Below, piece after piece: positions 59,640 to 64,000 of a stretch of 64,000 nucleotides of DNA. The stretch spans positions 256,001 to 320,000 of the forward strand of contig CAVRCI010000004.1 of NCBI GenBank assembly GCA_963719495.1, in the 5' to 3' direction. This DNA comes from an uncultured Verrucomicrobiae bacterium. GTDB taxonomy: Bacteria; Verrucomicrobiota; Verrucomicrobiia; Chthoniobacterales; JAATET01. The notes below the pieces were generated by a model. That model was not told the DNA's origin, made no database searches, and saw only the letters and a program-made list of their open reading frames with translations. Positions within the stretch are counted from its first letter, which is position 1. Each line of letters starts with the position of its first letter. Position numbers and translations under genes: made by a program.

Positions 59640-60127
59640 GATTTCGATCGTTCCGGCGGGGAGGGGATTTTCTGGCCGGGGGACAGGTCGGCGAAGGGGA
59701 TGATTTGCTGGCCGATGACGAATTCGGTTTCGCGGGGGGATTCGGAGAAGTCGGCGCTTTGACCGACGTCGAGGGTCAGGCGCGATTCTTTGGCGAGGTA
59801 GTCCGTGGCGAATTGGCTGAGGATGAGGAGGCCGACGTGGATGACGTGGATGCCGAGCTTGGACCACGTGAGTCGGAAGCGGGTGAGGTGGGCGGCCCGG
59901 AGGTTGACGATGAGGATCGCGCCGAGGAGGTGGCCACCGGGGAGGAGCGGGACTTGAAGGCCGCCGATGTCGAAGAAGACGATCGAGCTCTGGAAGTAGC
60001 GCTAATGGGCGAGGTCGAGGCCTTCGCTGACCTGGGCGAAGGTGCCGGGGAGGCTGAGGACCATCGCCAAGCCGAGGCAGCCGATGGTCAGGCGAAGGGA
60101 GGACTGGACGCGGATGAGAGGTCTCAA
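59640..60127 (-). pseudogene. 5' fragment of a ResB/CcsB-type cytochrome c biogenesis protein; in-frame TAG at 60002-60004; 3' part missing
   Basis: Own translation: SSLRLTIGCLGLAMVL..GTFAQV..GL..AH*RYFQS...PGG.LLG..L.VNL..AH..RF...KLGI.VIH.GL...ES; not in the ORF track. Confidence 0.65.
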
Positions 60128-60129
60128 TG

Positions 60130-60206
60130 GACAGGATTAACGGGATTCACAGGTTTGGGATGAAAGGCAGCTTCCGAAAAATCCTGTTCATCCCGTAAAT
60201 CCTGTC
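60130..60206. repeat. Palindromic repeat GACAGGATTAACGGGATT...ATCCCGTAAATCCTGTC
   Basis: Inverted arms built from 9-bp subunits. Confidence 0.75.
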
Positions 60207-60445
60207 TCACTCATTCTCGCGCATCGATTTCGAGGTCGGTTTTGGGGAGGGAGTGGGCAGAGAGAGCGAGGGAACGCGCGGCGCGACGTTCCCTACCCGA
60301 CTGGGTGGGGCTGGTCGCGCCGCGCCAGCCGTCCTCGATCTCCGCGGTGCCACTTTCTTCGTCTCGCCCCTTTGACCCTTTTTGCAATCCCACCCGGCTT
60401 CGGTTGGAAGCCGATGGCACGGTCGTCAGAGATACTTCGCTTCGC

Positions 60446-61588
60446 TCAGCGCGACAGATTTAGGATGACGGATTTGGCGTTTTGTCTCGCCCAGCTGTCG
60501 GCGGCCAGGAGGGTGGGGAGGTTGGGGTTTTTGGTGACCTCGTGGGCGGTCATGGTGGTCTCGACGGTTTGCCAGATTTCTTGGAATGGGATCTTTTCCT
60601 CTAGAAACGCGGCGGCGGCGATTTCGTTGGCGGCGTTGAGGACGGCGGGGAGGGTGCCGCCGGTGCGGCCGGCTTCGCGGGCTAGGCGGAGGGCGGGGAA
60701 ATCGTTTTCGCGGGGGGCGGAGAATTCCAATGAGCCGAGGGTGGCGAGGTCGAGGGGTTGGAGCGCTCCCGGGACTCGGTCGGGGTAGGTGAGGGCGTAT
60801 TGGATGGGGAACGCCATGTCGGAATGGCTGAGCTGGGCGAGGAGGGAACCGTCGACGAATTCGACGAGGGAATGTACGACGCTCTGCGGGTGGATGACGA
60901 CGTCGATGCGGTCGATGGAGACGTCGAAGAGCCAGCGGGCCTCGATCATTTCGAGGGCTTTGTTGAAGAGGGTGGCGGAGTCGAGGGAGATCTTGCGGCC
61001 CATGTCCCAGGTGGGGTGGCGGAGGGCTTGGGCGGGGGTGACTTGGGGAAGATCGGCGGCGGGGGTCTCGCGGAAGGGACCGCCGGAGCAGGTGAGGATG
61101 AGGCGGGCGACGTGGTCGGAGGGGCGGCCTTCGAGGCACTGGAAGATGGCGTTGTGCTCGCTGTCGACGGGAAGGACGCGGACGTTTTTTCGCCGGGCGG
61201 CGGCCATGAGGATGCCGCCGGCGAGGACGAGGATCTCCTTGCTGGCGACGGCGATGTCCTTGCCGGCTTCGATGGCGGCGAGGGCGGGGGCAAGGCCGGC
61301 GGTGCCGACGATGGCGATGAGGACGAGGTCGGCGTCGGGGTGGGTAGCAAGCTCGAGGAGACGGTCCGGGCCGTCGGGGCCGTTGGTCCGGGCGGTGCTG
61401 GCGTCGGGGAAGGCGGCGGCTGCGGTGGCGAGGCCCTCGCTGTTTTCGTGGGCGGAGAGGCCGACGATTTGGATGCGATCGGGGAGTGCGCGCGCGACGC
61501 GTTGAGCGCTTTGGCCGATGGAGCCGGTCGCACCGAGCAAGGAGACCTTGCGGGTCGAAGGTCGAAGGTCGGAAGGTTCGAAGGTCAA
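60446..61588 (-). CDS. dxr: 1-deoxy-D-xylulose-5-phosphate reductoisomerase
   Basis: LGATGSIG, ASKE, PVDSEH, SGGPF, HPTWDMG.KIS.DSAT..NK.LE, NAANE. Confidence 0.97.
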   Translation of the reverse strand: MTFEPSDLRPSTRKVSLLGATGSIGQSAQRVARALPDRIQIVGLSAHENSEGLATAAAAFPDASTARTNGPDGPDRLLELATHPDADLVLIAIVGTAGLAPALAAIEAGKDIAVASKEILVLAGGILMAAARRKNVRVLPVDSEHNAIFQCLEGRPSDHVARLILTCSGGPFRETPAADLPQVTPAQALRHPTWDMGRKISLDSATLFNKALEMIEARWLFDVSIDRIDVVIHPQSVVHSLVEFVDGSLLAQLSHSDMAFPIQYALTYPDRVPGALQPLDLATLGSLEFSAPRENDFPALRLAREAGRTGGTLPAVLNAANEIAAAAFLEEKIPFQEIWQTVETTMTAHEVTKNPNLPTLLAADSWARQNAKSVILNLSR

Positions 61589-61655
61589 AGTGTGGGTACG
61601 CCCGCTGCAATCGCGCCAGCGATTCTTAAATGACTTTCGACCTCGGACCTTCGAC

Positions 61656-62537
61656 TCACGTCAGCTTGAGCACGAGGCGCATGTAGAAGTAGAGGAGGGG
61701 GGCGGTGAAGAGGAGGCTGTCGATCAGATCGAGGGTGCCGCCGATACCGGGGAGGGCTCCGCTGCTGTCTTTGATGGCGGTGCTGCGCTTGACGATGGAC
61801 TCCGCCAGGTCGCCGACGATGGCGGCAAATCCGAGGCCGATTCCGAGGATGGCGTAGTCGATGACGGAGAAGGCGGGGAGTTTTTCCGGGATCAGCCAGT
61901 AGAGAATGAAGGCGGCGGCGGCGGAGGTGATGAGGGCGCCGAAGAAGCCTTCCCAGGTTTTTTTCGGGCTGATGTGGGGGACGAGCGGGTGTTTGCCGAA
62001 GAGGCTGCCGAAGAGGTAGGCACCCATGTCACTGAATTTGGTGACCATGAGAAGGAAGAGGACGTACCACTGGCCGGTGGGGTCGCCGTCGAGGGTGCGC
62101 GGGGGGATGAAGAGGATCTTGGTGATGAAATTGAAGAGCCAGGGGATGTAGAGGAGGCCGAAGAGGGTATACGCCATCGTCTGGAGCGGGCGGCGGTCGC
62201 GGAGGGGGGCGAACATTTGCCGGGCGAACATGACGACCAGGAAAAGAACGAGGATGGCGAGTTCGAAGTCGAGCGCTTGGGCGGGGCCCCAGGTGGCGAA
62301 GTAGTAGAAGCTGCCAACCAGAAAAATCGCGGCGGTGACCAGGCCGGTGAGCTGGAAATTTGGGATGCCGTCGTGGTCGAGCATCCGGAAGTATTCCCAG
62401 AGCGCGGTGAGGGCCATGAAGCCGATGACGACGAAGTAGGCGATCTCGCGGCCGGAGAAGATGGCGGCTAGGATGAGGGTCCAGAGGGCCAGCGTGCTGC
62501 CGAGGCGGAGGAAAAAGGTGGCTCGTCGGCTGCTCAT
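61656..62537 (-). CDS. cdsA: Phosphatidate cytidylyltransferase
   Basis: SDMGAY..G..FGK, ISPKKTWEG, GDLAES..KR....KDS...PG.GG.LD..DS. Confidence 0.95.
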   Translation of the reverse strand: MSSRRATFFLRLGSTLALWTLILAAIFSGREIAYFVVIGFMALTALWEYFRMLDHDGIPNFQLTGLVTAAIFLVGSFYYFATWGPAQALDFELAILVLFLVVMFARQMFAPLRDRRPLQTMAYTLFGLLYIPWLFNFITKILFIPPRTLDGDPTGQWYVLFLLMVTKFSDMGAYLFGSLFGKHPLVPHISPKKTWEGFFGALITSAAAAFILYWLIPEKLPAFSVIDYAILGIGLGFAAIVGDLAESIVKRSTAIKDSSGALPGIGGTLDLIDSLLFTAPLLYFYMRLVLKLT

Positions 62538-62607
62538 CGGAAACTGGGGAGGGTAGGGAGTGATTTTGGATTTTGGAATTCGGATTTTGGACTGGTAGGT
62601 TTCGGCG

Positions 62608-62964
62608 GTGGTTGTTGAACGATTCAAGGCGGTGATCTGGGCGGCGGATGTGGCTCGGGCAGTGAAGTTTTACGGCGACGTTCTGGGTGCTACGGTGGCT
62701 CGGGATATCGGCGTGATCGTGGAGCTGGAGATCGCCGGGGTGGCGGTGTCGGTTCACACGGGGGGGGAGGGGTCTTTTGCTAAACGAACCTGGACGGCGA
62801 TGAGTTTTCAGGTCGCTGACGTGATCGTCGGGGCCGCCGAGGTGCGGGCGGCGGGTGGGCTGGTCGAGCGCGAACCTCAGCCGGAGGATGGGGAGCCGCC
62901 GCACCTGGCGATGTGCGTGGATCCGGAGGGGAACGAATTCATGCTGACTCGAAAGCGCTCGTGA
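62608..62964 (+). CDS. VOC/glyoxalase family protein
   Basis: DVARAVKFYGDVLG, F.VADV, DPEGN. Confidence 0.85.
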   Translation: MVVERFKAVIWAADVARAVKFYGDVLGATVARDIGVIVELEIAGVAVSVHTGGEGSFAKRTWTAMSFQVADVIVGAAEVRAAGGLVEREPQPEDGEPPHLAMCVDPEGNEFMLTRKRS

Positions 62965-63027
62965 GCCGAGGCCGGGAGCCTTCCGCTGACGGCGTGGAGT
63001 CTCGAGGGGAGTGATCCGCCTCGCGGA

Positions 63028-63057
63028 TTGGTTCGGCGATTGCAAATCGCCGCTCCT
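63028..63057. repeat. REP-like palindrome, family C
   Basis: Identical to 5339-5368. Confidence 0.85.
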
Positions 63058-63261
63058 CGAGCGGGAAGGCTCCCCGGCTTTTGCCCCGCTGTCTTGTCGA
63101 GAGGACCTTTGCCTGGGTCGGCAGATGCCACCGATTGTCCAATGACTACGGGGTCACGATCTTCGACTCCGAAACCTTCGTTTACGGAGCCGTCTGCCGC
63201 GCGCCGCTTTGGCGTCAGACGCCTCGGCAAATCCACCGCCTGACGGTTTTTTGACGCGCTG

Positions 63262-63891
63262 TTAGAAGTTGTAGAGCTTGCCTTGGCGGATGTCGGCCAT
63301 GGCTTGGCGGCTTTGCATGTAGGAATCGGGAGGGTTCGGGAGGGGGCCGTCGTCGAGGATGGGGAGGGTCTTGCCGATGGTCTCATCCCAAGGCTGGGTG
63401 GTGGCGACGTTGATCGGGGTGCCAACGCTGACGAGGTCAAAGACCTTTTTGGCGGACTTGAGCGGCATGCGGACGCAACCCATCGTGGATGGCTGGGGCT
63501 TCACGAAGCCCCAATGCATTCCGTAGGCCGGGCCGTAGAATTCGATCCAGTAGGGCATTGGATAGCCGGCTCCGGGGCTGCTGACGCGGCGGCGTTCGGC
63601 GACCTTGGCGCGAACCGGGAAGGTGCCTTTCGGGGTCGGGGTGGCGGCGGTGCCGACGGACACGGGTGTCGCGAGGAGAACCTTGTCGCCCTCGACGACG
63701 TAGAGCTTCTGCGCGGAGGTGCTGAGTTTGACCTTCACGTTGGAGCGATTGGTCGGCTGCGTGACGGGTGGGTCGAATTGGAAGGCGTTCGAGCGGCTGC
63801 CGCTCGTCGGCATCGTGGTGCAGGCTCCGAGGGCGAGGGTGGCGGCGGCGAGGGCGGCGGTGGCGAGGAGACGGGTGATGGAAAATTTCAT
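63262..63891 (-). CDS. L,D-transpeptidase (YkuD) lipoprotein
   Basis: Lipobox LGAC; TPKG.F, MPY, GMH.G, STMGCVRM. Confidence 0.9.
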   Translation of the reverse strand: MKFSITRLLATAALAAATLALGACTTMPTSGSRSNAFQFDPPVTQPTNRSNVKVKLSTSAQKLYVVEGDKVLLATPVSVGTAATPTPKGTFPVRAKVAERRRVSSPGAGYPMPYWIEFYGPAYGMHWGFVKPQPSTMGCVRMPLKSAKKVFDLVSVGTPINVATTQPWDETIGKTLPILDDGPLPNPPDSYMQSRQAMADIRQGKLYNF

Positions 63892-64000
63892 GGCGTGCGG
63901 TTGGTGAAGTGCGGCGAATGTGGTGGAAGCGGGTTGCGGGGGCAAGTGGGAAGATGCGGGGTGTGGGTCGTTGATCTGCGGCGTGTCGGTCTTAGATTTG

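Noticed and set aside
39255..60004. Three in-frame TAG stops (39255, 48154, 60002) suggesting amber recoding
   Set aside because: Many intact genes here end in TAG. Two of the three genes have other lesions (IS insertion, truncation), and single substitutions such as CAG>TAG explain them.
59705..60163. 152-aa acidic plus-strand ORF
   Set aside because: Antisense shadow of the ResB-like pseudogene.

Overview
High-GC bacterial chromosomal window, most likely Verrucomicrobiota (inferred from PEP-CTERM proteins and gene content, not proven). About 1-35 kb and 60-64 kb are mostly housekeeping genes: class V aminotransferase, lipB, ruvC, GT9, SRP RNA, Fur-family regulator, argH, tatC, araBAD, pckG, mazG, ispH, accA, a Ski2-like helicase, dxr, cdsA and an L,D-transpeptidase. 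A cluster of three LuxR paralogues, a response regulator and a sensorless kinase lies at 17.4-21.6 kb. About 35.2-60.1 kb is an accessory zone inside the remains of a resB-ccsA (cytochrome c biogenesis System II) operon, now three separated fragments. It holds secreted proteins ending in either PEP-CTERM or a conserved ~94-aa Arg/Lys-rich C-terminal domain (candidate new anchor), two toxin-antitoxin-like pairs and an ISAs1 inside a prepilin-like gene. It also holds two copies of a ~266-bp MITE with 11-bp target duplications, and an IS110-family element whose right end carries matches to its own target and donor sites (candidate bridge RNA). Several REP-like palindrome families and heptamer tandem repeats are scattered throughout. 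All calls come from reading the sequence; no searches were run.
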